A stretch of 64,000 bases of DNA, from assembly GCF_009914755.1 (NCBI RefSeq), contig NC_060935.1. One strand, 5' to 3'. Position numbers and translations under genes: made by a program. The stretch's first letter is position 1. Each line of letters begins with the position of its first letter. The notes under the pieces are model-generated. The model was given only the letters and a program-made list of their open reading frames with translations. It ran no database searches and was not told the DNA's origin. This DNA comes from the human T2T-CHM13v2.0 reference genome, Homo sapiens. Of the stretch, positions 13,182 to 25,467 are shown piece by piece.

Positions 13182-14309
13182 GTTGTGTATGCTTCATGAA
13201 GTTCTCGTGCTGTGTTTTTCAGCTCTATCTGGTCATTTATGCTCTTCTCTACAGTGGTTCTTCTAGTTAGCCATTCCTCTAACCTTTTTTCAAGATTTTT
13301 AGTTTCCTTCGATGGGTCAGACCATGCTCCTTTAGCTCAGAGAAGTTTGTTATTACCCACCTTCTGAAGCCTACTTCTGTCAACTTGTCAAACTCTTTCT
13401 CCATCCAGTTTTGTTCCCTTGCTGGCAAGGAGTTGTGTTCCTTTGGAGGAGAAGAGGCATTCTGGTTTTTGGAATTTTCAACCTTTCTCCTCTGGTTTTT
13501 CCCCATCGTTGTGGTTTTATCTACCTTTGGTCTTTGATGTTGGTGACCTACATATGGCGTTTTGGTGTGGATGTCCTTTTTGTTGATGTTGATGCTATTC
13601 CTTTCTGTTTGTTAGTTTTCCTTCTAACAGTCAGGCCTCTCAGCTTCAGGTCTGTTGGAGTTTGCTGGAGGTTGACTCCAGACCCTGTTTGCCTGGGTAT
13701 CACCAGCAGATGCTGCAGAACAGCAAATATTACTTCCTGATCCTTCCTCTGGAAACTTCTTCCCAGAGGAGCACCCACCAGATGCCAGCCAGAGCTCTCC
13801 TGTATGAGATTCTGTCAGCCCCTACTGGGAGATGTCTCCCAATCATGCTACACAGGGGTCAGGGGCCCACTTAAGGAGGCAGTCTGTCCATTATCAGAGT
13901 TTGAACGCTGTGCTTGGAGAACCACTGCTCTCTTCAGTGCTGTCAGGCAGGGATGTTTAAGTCTGCAGATGCTGTGCCCACAGCTGCCCCTTCCCCCAGG
14001 TGCTCTGTCCCAGGGGGATGAGGGTTTTATCTAGAAGTCCCTGACTGGGGCTGCTGCCTTTTTTTCAGATATGCCCTGCCCACAGAGGTGGAATCTAAAG
14101 AGGCAGTCGGCCTTGCTTAGCTTCAGTGGGCCCCGTCCAGTTCAAGCTTCCCGGCAGCTTGTTTACACTGTGAGCATAAAACTGCCTACTCAAGCCTCAG
14201 CAATGGCAGACACCCCTCCCCCTGCCAAGCTCCAGCGTCCCAGGTTGATCTCAGACTGCTGTGCTAGAATTTCAAGCCAACGGATCTTAGCTTGCTGAGT
14301 TCCGTGGGA

Positions 14310-15455
14310 GTAAGACCTAAAACCATAAAAAGCCTAGAAGAAAACCTAGGCAATACCATTCAGGACATAGGCATGGGCAAAGACTTTATGACTAAAACAC
14401 CAAAAGCAATGGCAACAAAAGCCAAAAATAGACTACGGGATCTGATTAAACTAAAGACCTTCTGCACAGCAAAAGAAACTATCAGCAGACTGAACAGGCA
14501 ACCTACAGAATGGGAGAAAATTTTTGTAATCTATCCCTCTGACAATGGGCTAATATACAGAATCTGCAAAGAACTTAAACAAATTTACAAGTAAAAAACA
14601 AATAACCCAATCAAAAAGTGGGCAAAGGATATGAACAGACACTTCTCAAAAGAAGACATTTATGCAGCCAACAGACATATGAAAAAATGCTTATCATCAC
14701 TGGTTATTAGAGAAATGAAAATCAAAACCACAATGAGATAGCATCTCATGCCAGTTGGAGTGGCAATCATTAAAAAGTCGGGAAACAACAGATGCTCGAG
14801 AGGATGTGGAGAAACAGGAATGCTTTTACACTGTTGGTGGGAGTGTAAATTAGTTCAACCATTGTGGAAGATGGTGTGGCTTATTCCTAGATCCAAAAGG
14901 ATCTAGAACTAGAAATACTATTTGACCTAGAAATCCCATTACTGGGTATATTCCCAAACGATTATAAATCATGCTACTATAGAGACATATGCACATGTGT
15001 GTTTATTGTGGCACTATTCACAATAGCAAAAACTTGGAACCAACCCAAATGTCCATCAATAATGGACTGGATAAAGAAAATTTGGCACATATACAACGTG
15101 GAATACTATGCAGCCATAAAAAAGGATGAGTTCATGTCTTTGCAGGGACATGGATGAAGATGGAAACCATCATTCTCAGCAAACTATCACGAGGAGAGAA
15201 AACCAAACACTACACGTTCTCACTCATAAATGGGAGTTGAGCAATGAGAACATGTGGACACAGGGAGGGGCACATCACACACCAGGGACTGTTGTGGGGT
15301 GGTGGGCTGTGGGAGGGATAGCATTAGGAGAAATAGCTAATGGAAATGATGAGTTGATGGGTGCAGCACACCAACATGGCACATGTATACCTATGTAACA
15401 ATCCTGCACATTGTGTACATGTACCTTAGAACATAAAGTATAATAAAAAAAGAAA
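14310..15455 (+). mobile_element. Non-inverted 3' segment of the L1PA6/7-like element with poly(A)
   Basis: GTAAGACCTAAAACCATAAAA...3'UTR...AAGTATAATAAAAAAAG. TSD AAGAAA(T/C)AATATTTTA at 8540-8555 and 15456-15471. Confidence 0.93.
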
Positions 15456-15471
15456 AAGAAACAATATTTTA

Positions 15472-16140
15472 ATAGTTGCCCTCTTTAACAAACTAGTTAG
15501 ATTTCTACTTCTCACTTTTCACATAAATTATCAGATGGCTCAACAACTTAAATATTTAAAAAATCACCAAAGTATTAGAAAAAGGAATAGGTGAGTCATT
15601 TTTAATATTCTGATAACTGACAGGTTTATTCAAGTAAAAGATAAAAGTTATAGGCCAGAAAAGATTGATAAAAATGAATCTTTAAAAATTTGAAAAAGAA
15701 TTCCTCATTACATGAAATCCCATTACCAAAGAAAAAGAAGTCTGAGAAAACATATTTTTACTTAATATCATAAACAAACGTCTACTTTATCTGATTAATT
15801 TCAAGCTCACTGTAACCAATAGGAATGACAACTTTAGTTCAATATTTAAATGGGCGTAAGATTCATCAGTCAATGTAAATAAATTCCATTCTAAACGAAT
15901 AAAAAAAGTTCAACCTAACACATCATATTAGAAAAACATGGTAACATTTATTTATTTTTTATGGCAAACACTGTAAATTCTGAGACTACACTAAGTTATT
16001 AAGGGTATGGAGACTAAGAAACCTTATGCATTGCTGGTGGGAGTATTAACTGATGCAAGAGTATTGAGAACAATGAAATTATTATTTTTTTTAATAAAAA
16101 TTGCATCTTCTCTTTGAATCAACAATTCCACTTCTGAATA
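15472..16140 (+). mobile_element. Ancient L1M(E) ORF2 3' fragment, part 3
   Basis: AAATGGGCGTAAGAT...GCATTGCTGGTGGGAGTATTAACTGATGC...AACAATTCCACTTCTGAATAT. Confidence 0.6.
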
Positions 16141-17508
16141 TGCCCCATGCGCCACATTTTGAAAATACTGAGAACCGGAAGCATGGACAAGTAACAATAA
16201 CCAGTGTCTCCACAGATCACATCAGTCGAAAATTGAACTTACTTATTCTAAATATCTCCACATTCAGTTTTTATGTAATCCTGAAGAGTAGAACTGCAAG
16301 TCAGAATATGGGTCCATTTGCAGAACTTTCAAAGAGCTAGAGATAGTTAACAGCGGAATGACCTGCTTTTGAGCTTTCTGTTGCTGGAAGGGTTCAAGAT
16401 ACAACCAAATAAACATGTGATAATGCTGTTGTAGGAAGAAGAAGAAACGTCTGTTCACACCCAGTGGGGTCCGGTGTAGTGTCCAAGAGGTCCAAGTAGA
16501 GACTCAACTTTAGCGAGAAGCGTACATAAAACTTAGGCAGGGGCCAGAGCCTCCAACAGGAACCTAGAGTACAGGACTAGTCATTTAGAAACTGGGATAG
16601 TGGGAAATGTGATGGATGAAAAGTAAGGACTGGAAAGCAAGACAGAAGCCCCAGCCAAATAACTGCAATAACATTTGGAAGAGGGGAAGAAAATAGTACA
16701 GAATATGATTCTTAGAGCTGTAGTGTGCTCACAGCTCTGAAGAAACAAGGCTTTAATCTGATTTTTGGTGGAGGAAATCTCTGTAGTCATCACAGGATAC
16801 AGGGGATTGATTTAGTCCCAAACTCCATACCTGGGATAAGTCAAACTGACAGGCAAGCAACATGGATACCTAATTTTAAGTTTGATGCTTTATCTACTCC
16901 TAGATTTAAAATTATTAAATAATTCAGATGACAGTGCCATGGGGAAAATACCTTATTTCATGGGAAAGAAGTAAATGCTTCAATTATCTGTAGCTTTTGA
17001 CTGATGTCTATTTTTGGTTTAAGCCTCTTTGTAACCAATTATATAATTTTATGGCAAACTGATTTTGTGATGAACAAAGTTCAAATGATTCAAGTATAAA
17101 TTATTACCAACGAATTTATTATGTCACTCAATAAACCAAAAGCATGCACAGGAATAGATTTCCTAGCATGAAGTATGTATTTAAATTTATTTGCTTTTTT
17201 AACTTTTTAAAAATAAAGAATTGTGGTATAATTTTACAAACTAATAAATCCCTAAAATCATTACCTAACTAGTCTACTCTATCCTTGAAAGAGATGCAAC
17301 ATCTATGAAGCCTTTATACAAAAACCCCAAATTTAAGTTTACCCCATGAGTACCCTATAAAATTGTAAAAAGCTTTCTAATACTTTCCATTTGTGTTTTA
17401 AAATATTTGTATTAGATGTGAATTATTTTTAAAGATGTAATAAGTATAAATATTTTTCAACTGCCTGACTTGTTTTGTCCAGTTACATGTAATAGATACA
17501 TATAAATA

Positions 17509-17969
17509 ATTATTGGTAGTTATTACATATTTACTATATTACATATAGTAAATATATAGCTATATATTTACTATATTACATATAGTAAATATTAGCTATA
17601 ATTTACTATATTACATATTGTAATATTACTATTACTATTAGTATTACAAATATTAGTAAATATTTACCAATATTTACTATGTTACATGTTTAATATTTAC
17701 TATATTACATACAGTAAATATGTATAAATATAGTAAGTATATAGTAAATATAGTAATATAGTAATTTATTTAATATTTACTATAATATTTACTATATTAC
17801 AGTAATGCATGTTATATTTAATGTTTAATATAATTTAATTTAATATAATAACATGCTATAACATAATTTACTATATTTAATATTTAATATATGTACTACA
17901 TTACATATTTACTATATATTCCATATAGTAAATATTATATATAGTAAATAGGTAATAATTACCAACAAT
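17509..17969. repeat. AT-rich quasi-palindromic minisatellite
   Basis: Many copies of ATATTTACTATAT and its reverse complement ATATAGTAAATAT, with terminal inverted arms. Confidence 0.9.
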
Positions 17970-17974
17970 GGTTA

Positions 17975-18170
17975 TAGTGGGCAAACACTGTATTAGGCAT
18001 TAGGGATCAAGCAATTAATAAGCCAGACACTATTCTTGCCTTCTTAAAGCTTTTATAGTCTGGTAGACAATACAGAGAAGACTGATTATCTACAGGTGTG
18101 GTGAAGGTAATAAAATTACACTATTGGAGCATATTACAAAGGGATCTAATTGAGACTTAGAGAAATTACA
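17975..18170 (-). mobile_element. L2 3' fragment
   Basis: AAACACTGTATTAGGCATTAGGGAT...AAGCCAGACAC...CTTGCCTTCTTAAAGCTT. Confidence 0.55.
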
Positions 18171-18612
18171 CAATTTCCTCTAACTAAGAGGTGAAGCAGG
18201 CATTGTAAATCCAGTCCCATATTAAAACATACAAAGCTAAGCTGTTCATGTTCATTATACAGAATTTGAAAAACGCCAAGAAATACAAAATCACATGCCA
18301 ATATTTTGATTTTGTAACTTTTAACGTTAATTTTTTTATTTAAAGTAGTTAATATAGGTTCATGATAGAACATCCATTCTCTTTCATTATTTGAAATGAC
18401 ATATAGCAGAATGTCCCCTTCCTTTGTCTTTCAGTCACGCTGTTCCCTGCCCAGGAGGTACTTACTGTGTTCAGCTTCTTATTTATCCTTCCAGAACTAT
18501 GCCAAAATGCTACTTCCACAAGTATACAGGATATGTACGTTGCATCATAGAACATTTTCAGTACCTTTGAAGGCCTTAGTGTGCTCCATCCCAATCTCTT
18601 CCTCCTCCCACC

Positions 18613-21600
18613 TTTCTATTCTTTGTTTCATATTTTATTTTAGAATCAGGGGGTACATGTGCAGGTTTGTTACAAAGATATATTGCATGATGCTGAGATT
18701 TGGAGTACAATTGAGCCTGTCACCCAGGTGATGAGTGTAGTAACCAATAGGTAGTTTATCATCCGTTGACCCACTCCTTCTATCCCCCTCTAATAGTCCC
18801 CAGTGTGTGTTGTTCCCATCTTTATGTCTGAGTGTACCTAATGTTTAGCTCCCACTTATAAGTGAGAATATACAGTATTTGATTTTCTGTTTCTGGATGA
18901 GTTTGCTTAGAATAACGACCTCCAGCTGCATCCATGTTGCTGCAAAGGGCATGATTTCATTCCTTTTTATAGCTGCAAAGTTTTCCATGTGTATATGTAC
19001 CACATTTTAAAAATTCAGTTCACCACTGCTAGGTACCTGGGTTGATTCCATGTCTTTGTGACTGTGAATAGTGCTGCAATTAACATACATATGCATGTTT
19101 CTTTTTTGGTAGAACTATTTATTTTCCTTTGGGTATACACAGTAATGGGATTGCTGGGTTGAATGGTAGTTCTAAGTTCTCTGAGAAATCTCTAAACTGC
19201 TCTCCACAGTGTCTGAACTAATTTACATTTCCACCAACAGTGTATAAACATTCCTTTTTGTCACAGTGTCACCAATATCTATCATTTTTTGGCTTTTAAA
19301 GAAAATCCATTCTGACTGGTGTGAGATAGTACCTCATTGTGGTTTTAATTTGCTTTTCTCTGATGATTAGTGATGATGAACATTTTTTCATACGTTTTGG
19401 CCACTTGTATTTGTAAGCCTTTTTGCCTTTTTTTTTTTTTTTTTTTTTTTGAGACAATCTCACTGTGTCACCCAGGCTCAAGTGCAGTGATGTGATCTTG
19501 GCTCACTGCTACCTCTGCCACCTGGGTTCAAGCAATTCTCGTTCCTCAGCCTCCCGAGTAGCTGGAGTTACAGGCGTGGACAACAGTGCCTGGCAAGTTT
19601 TTGTATTTTTAGTAGAGACACGATTTTGCCATGTTGGCCAGGCTGGTCTCGAACTCCTGACCTCAAGAGATCTGGCTGCTTTGGCCTTGCAAAGTGCTGG
19701 GATTACAGGCGTGAGCCACCAAGCCCAGCCGTATGTTTTAATCTGAGAAATGTCTGTTCATGTCCTTTGCCTTATTTTTGATGGGGTTGTTTTTTGATTA
19801 TTGAATTAAGTTCCTTAGAGATTCTGGATATTACACCTTTGTTGGATGCTTAGTTTTTGAATGTTTTATCTGATTTTGTAGGGTGCCTATTTACTAACAT
19901 GATGGTTTCCCTTTCTGTGCAGAAACTCTATAACTTAATTAGATACCATTTGTAAGTTTGTGTTTTGTTGCAATTGTTTTTGAGGACTTGGCCACAAATT
20001 CGTTGCAAATGATTTTATCAAGTAGGATATTTCCTAGGCTCTCTTCTAGAATTTTTATACTTTGAGGTTTTAAATTTAAGTCTTTAATCTGTTTTTAGTT
20101 AATTCATTATTCTGCAAACAAACAGCCAGTTATTCCAACACCATTTATTGAACCGGGAGTTTTGTTCCTCATTACTTATTTTTGTTGACCTTGTCAAAGA
20201 TCAGATAGCCGTAGCTGTGCAGCTTTATGTCTGGGTTCCCTATTCTGTCCCATTGGTCTAAGTGTCTGTTTTGTACCAGTATCATGCTGTTTTGATTACT
20301 GTAGCCTTACAGCATAGTTTGAAGTCAAGTAATGTGATGCTTCTGGATTTGTTTCTTTTGCTTAAGATTGCTTTGGCTATGTAGGCTATTTCTTTATTTT
20401 CGATCCACATGAATTTTAGAATAGTTTTTTTTTTCTAATTCAGTAAAAAAATAATGTTAGTAGTTTGAAAGGAATAGCACTGCATCTGTAAATTGCTTTG
20501 GGCAGTATGGCTATTTTAACTGTGTTGATTCTTCCAATATATGAGCACGGAGTGTTTTTCTCTTTATTTGTGTCATTTCTGATTTCTTTCAGAAGTGTTT
20601 TGTAGTTCCCCTTGCAGAGATCTTTTACTTCTTTGGTTAGCTGTATTCCTAGGTGTTTAATTCTTTCTGTGGCTATTGTAAATGCTACTACATTCTTGAT
20701 TTGACTTTTAGCTTGAGGATTATTGGCATTTAGAAATGCAACTGATTTTTGTACATTGATTTTGTATCCTGAAACTTTACTGAAGTCATTTATCAGTTCC
20801 AGGAGACATTTGGCAGAGTCTTTAGGTGTTTCTAGGTATAGAATCATATTATCAGTGAAAAGAGATAGTTTGACTTCTTTTCCTATCTGGATGCCTTTTA
20901 GGTCTTTCTCTTACCTGATTGCTCTGGCTAGGACTTTTCAGTATTGTGTTGAACAGGAATGGTGAGTAGGTATCCTTGTGTTCCAGCTTTCAAAGAAAAT
21001 GGTTCCAGCTTTTGCCCATTTAGTATGATGTTGACTGTGGGTTTGTCATAAATGGCTCTTATTATTTTGAGGTATGTTACTTTGATGCCTAGTTTGTTGA
21101 GGTTTTTTTCTTTAATCAAAAAGAGATGTTGGATTTTATTGAAAGCATTTTCTGCGACTATTGAGATGACCAAAAGTTTTTGTTTTTAATTCTGTTTATT
21201 TGGCAAATCACATTTACTGATTTGCATATGTTGAAATAACCTTGTATCACAGGAATAAAGTCTACTTGATCATGGTGAATTAACTTTTTGATATGCTAAT
21301 TGATTTGATTTGCTAGTGTTTTGTTGAGGATTTTTGCATCTATGTTCATCAGGAATATTGGCCTGAAGCTTTTAATTTTCATTGTGCCTGTGCCAGATTT
21401 TGGTATCAGGACAATACTGGTTTCATCGAATGAGTTAGGGAGGAGTTCCTCTTCCTTGATTTTTTGAGGAATAGTTTCAGTGGGATTTGTACCAGTTCTT
21501 TGTATGTCTTGTAGAATTTGGCTGTGAATATGTCTAGTCCAGGGCTTTTTTTTTGTTGGTGGATTTTTTATTACTGATTTGTTCAGGTTTTCAGTTTCTT

Positions 21601-24600
21601 CCTGATTCTATCTTGGGAGGCTGTGTGTTTCCAGAAATTTATTCATTTCTTTTAGATTTTCTAATTTGTGTTTGTAGAGGTGTTTATAGTAGTCTCTGAG
21701 GATCATTTGTCTTTCTGTGAGATTGGTTGTAATGCCATCTTTTTCGTTTCTGATTCTGCTTATTTGTATCTTCTCTATCACTTTTGTTAATCTAGCTAGC
21801 CATCTATTAATCATGTTTATTCTTTCATAGAACCAGCTTTGTGTTTCATTTATCTTTTATATGGACTTTTGCATCTGTTTCATTCAGTTCTTCACTGATT
21901 TTAGTTATTTCTTTTCTTCTGCTAGCTTTGGGTTTGTATTGTTCTTGCTTTTCTTGTTCCTCTAGGTGGAATGTTAGAGTATTAATTTGAGATGTTTCTA
22001 ATTTCTTTGTGTTGGCATTCAACATTATAAACTCTCCTCTTAACACTGCTTTAGCTGTATCCCACAGACTTTTGTATGTTGTGTCTTTGTTTTCATTAAT
22101 GTTGAAGAAATTTTTGATTTCTGCCTTACTGTTGTTGTTTGCCCAAGAAACATTCAGGATCAAGTTGTCTAATTTTTATGTAATTGTGCAGTTTTGAGAG
22201 ATCATCTTGATATTGATTTCTGTTTTTATTGCACTGTGGTTTGAGAGTGTGCCTGGTATGATTTCAATTTAAAAAAATATTTTGAGACTTGCTTTCTGGC
22301 TGAGCATGTGGTTTATCTTAGGGTATGTTTTGTGTGTGGATGAGAAAAATGTATATTTTGTGGTTTGGGGATAGTATTCTGTAGATATCTATTTGATCCA
22401 ATTGGTTAAGTTTCAAGTTTAATTCCAGAATTTCTTTGTTAATTTTATGCCTCATAATCTATCGAATGCTCTCAGTTGGGTGTTGAACTCTCTGCCAATT
22501 ACTGTGTGGCTGTCTAAGTCTTTTTGTTGGTCTAGAATAACTAGTTTTATAAATCTGAGTGCTTCGATGTTGTGTGCATATATATTTAGGATATTTAAGT
22601 GTTCTTATTGAATTGAATGCTTTATCATTATGTAATGCTCTTCTTTGTCCTTTTTTACTGTTACTGCTTTAAGTCTGTTTCATCTGATAGAAAAGTAGTG
22701 ACCTGTGCTCTTTTTTGTTTCCTTTGCGTGGTACATGATTCTCTATCCCTTTACTTTGAGCCTGTAACAAAAGATGGTTGGGTCTTTTTTTTTTTTTTTT
22801 TAATGCAACTTGCCGATCTATTCCTTTTAAGAGGGGTGTTTAGATGATTTACATTCAAGGTTAATATTGATATGTGAGATTTTGCTCTTGTCATCATTTT
22901 GATACAGGCTTGATTGTGTAATTGCTTTATAGTGTCTGTGACTATGTACTTAAGTGTACTTTTGTGGTAGCTGGTAATTGTTCTTTCATTTCCATGTTTA
23001 GCACTCCCTTAAGGATTTCTTGTAAGCCTGGTCTAGTGGTTACAAATTCCCTTAGCCATTACTTGTATGAAAAGGATTTCATTTCTCCTTTGCTTATGAA
23101 GTTTAGTTTGGCAGGACTCGAAATTCTTGGTTGGATTTTTTTTTTCTTAAGGGTGCTAAAAATAGGCCCCAATCTCTTCTGGCATGTATGTTTTCTGCTG
23201 AGAGTCCACTGCTAGCCTGATGGGGTTCCTTTTTAAGTGATGACCCTTCTCTCTATCTGCCTTTGAGATTTTTTTCTTTTGCTTTGACCTTGATGAATCT
23301 GATGACTATGTATGTTGAGGATGGACATCTTGCATAATACCTCACAGGTGTTCTCTGAATTTCTTGAATTTACATGTAGTCCTCTTTAGCAAGATTGGGA
23401 AATTTTTCATGCACTGTATCCTCAAATATGTTTTCCAAGTTGCTTACTCTCTCTCTTTGTCTTTCAGGAATGCCAGTGGGTCATAGGTTTGGTTTCTTTA
23501 TGTCATCCCATATTTCTCCGTGATTTTGTTCATTTTTAAAAATACTTTTTTTTTTTTTACTTTTATCTGACTGAATTGATTCAAAGGATCAGTCTTCAAG
23601 CTCTGTTGTTCTTTCCTCCACTTGCTCTATTCTGTTGTTTAATGACTTCTGATTGTATTATAAAATTCTTGTAGTGAATTGTTCAATTCCAGAAGTTCAG
23701 TTTGCCTCCTTCTTAAAATGGCTGTGTTGTCTTTCAACTCTTGGGTAGTTTTACTGGATTTCTTGGATTAGGTTTCAACTTTATCCTGAATCTTGATATG
23801 TTTCCTTGACATTCAGGTTCTGAATTCTATGTCTGTCATTTCAACCGTTTCAATCCAGTTAAGAACCACTGCTGGGAAGCTAGTCCGATCATTTGGAGGT
23901 AAGGAGACACTCTTGACTGTTTGAATTGCCAGTGTACTTGCACTGATTCTTTCTCATCTGAGAGGGCTGGTGCTCCTTTATCTTTTTGAATTTGCTGTTG
24001 TTTGGATGGGGGTTTCTGTTTTTATATTCTTTATTTCCTTTGAGGGTTTGACTGTGGTGTAAATTGAGTATAGTTGTTTGGCTTCATTTCTGGGTGCTTT
24101 CAGAGGGCCAAGGCTCTTTATGGGATCTTCATTTGTAGCTAGATTCTTGCACTGGATTTAGTAGGTGACATATGCTAGAATTTTTTTGGTGGTGTTGTTC
24201 AGGATGTGATCTAGTAGGTGACTTTTATGAGTAACAACCAGAGGATAGGATTTCAGCCACATGGCTCTTTGTAATTCAGTGTGTTTATAGCAGTGCTTTC
24301 TGATGGGGGAGATGGGGAGGGAGGGCAATGCGGGAAAAGATGATCCCCTTGCCAGGTCCATTACTGGGCCTCAGGGAAGCCCCCTCCAATCACTGGTGCC
24401 AAGCCCACACTTCGTTAGCCACAAGGGGGGCCCTGGTGGGCTGTGCTCCCCTCTCCCTTAGGGGCTACCCAAGCTGAAGGATAGGTTACCAGGAGACCCA
24501 CAACACTCCAGAGGCCCACTGGTCTTCTGTACTTGGCAAAATCGGAGCAGGTTGTTGGGTATGTCCACTGGTGGTGTGTTGATGCATTAGGTCAAAGGTG

Positions 24601-25463
24601 GGGTATCACCTGGTAGGGCAGTGTTGCTGTGGGTGTGCAGCCTATGAGGTGCTCATAGCCTGGGGCTAGGGCTGTATGTTTTTTTTTTTTTTTTTTTTTT
24701 TGTATTCTTTTGCCCAGCAGACAGCTGTGCAGACCACCCAGCTGCTCCAATATGTGGCCTGCCCAGCGAGTTTTGTCCCAAGCCTTCTGCACACAAATCG
24801 TTGGCCTGTTAGACATTCCAGGCACTGTGGGGCTGCCTCAGGCAGAGGCTGCTGCTGGTGGCCAGGCCACACCTTTCCTGGACCAGCCCTGTAAAGGGAT
24901 GCATGCCCAGCTCCAGGAAGGCATACCAGCCCAGGAACCTGCGCCTCACAATCTTCTCAGTATTCTGAGAGTGAGGGCTCTTCCCGTGCTGAGTTCCAGC
25001 CACAGATCTCAGCTTTGCACCCCAGAGCTGCATACCCTAACCCTTTAGGTGCTGGGACTGGGCCTGCTGTTTTGTCTTCTGGCCCCTTGGGGTTGGGCAC
25101 TGGCTGTGCTGGGGGAACAGAAGTGCTCCCAGGCCACAGGGGAGTGGTGGGATCTCTTGCAGTTAAGATCCCAGAGCTCCGCAGTGAGAGTGGGTTGCCT
25201 GTCCTGCTGTCACTTCACTCACCCCTTCCTTAGGAGCTGTTCAGGGTTGGGAACTAGTCCTGGCATTTAGCAAGTCCATGTGGGGTTCGCAGCTTTCTCC
25301 CTCTTCAGCCTCCCTCTTCAGTCTGCATCACCTCTCTGTCAGCTCTCAGTGTTTTCTCTCAAAAGGTTTTTCAAAGTATGTTAGTTTACTGGATATTTTG
25401 GTCTCTCTTGGTGGGCGAAGTGCTTCCTGGTTACATCTAGTTGGCCATCTTGTCTCTGCTTCC
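18613..25463 (-). mobile_element. Full-length old primate L1 (L1PA15/L1PA16-like), ORFs decayed
   Basis: 3' end TTTAGAATCAGGGGGTACATGTGCAGG...GATGCTGAGATTTGG. ORF2p remnants at 20440-22163. About 1.4-kb GC-rich 5'UTR ending GGCCATCTTG (YY1 motif). Candidate TSD TCCCACC at 18606-18612 and 25461-25467. Confidence 0.88.
19421..19730 (-). mobile_element. AluS (Sx/Sz-like) inside L1PA15/16
   Basis: Poly(T), then GAGACAATCTCACT...CCTGACCTCAAGAGATC...GAGCCACCAAGCCCAGCC. Confidence 0.92.
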
Positions 25464-25467
25464 CACC

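Noticed and set aside
16233-16280. Minus-strand micro-exon (TTCTACTCTTCAG...GTAAGT)
   Set aside because: There are stops in all frames and no supporting neighbouring exons.
17520-17950. CRISPR-like or coding repeat array
   Set aside because: There are no unique spacers or constant period. It is a low-complexity AT array in a primate genome.
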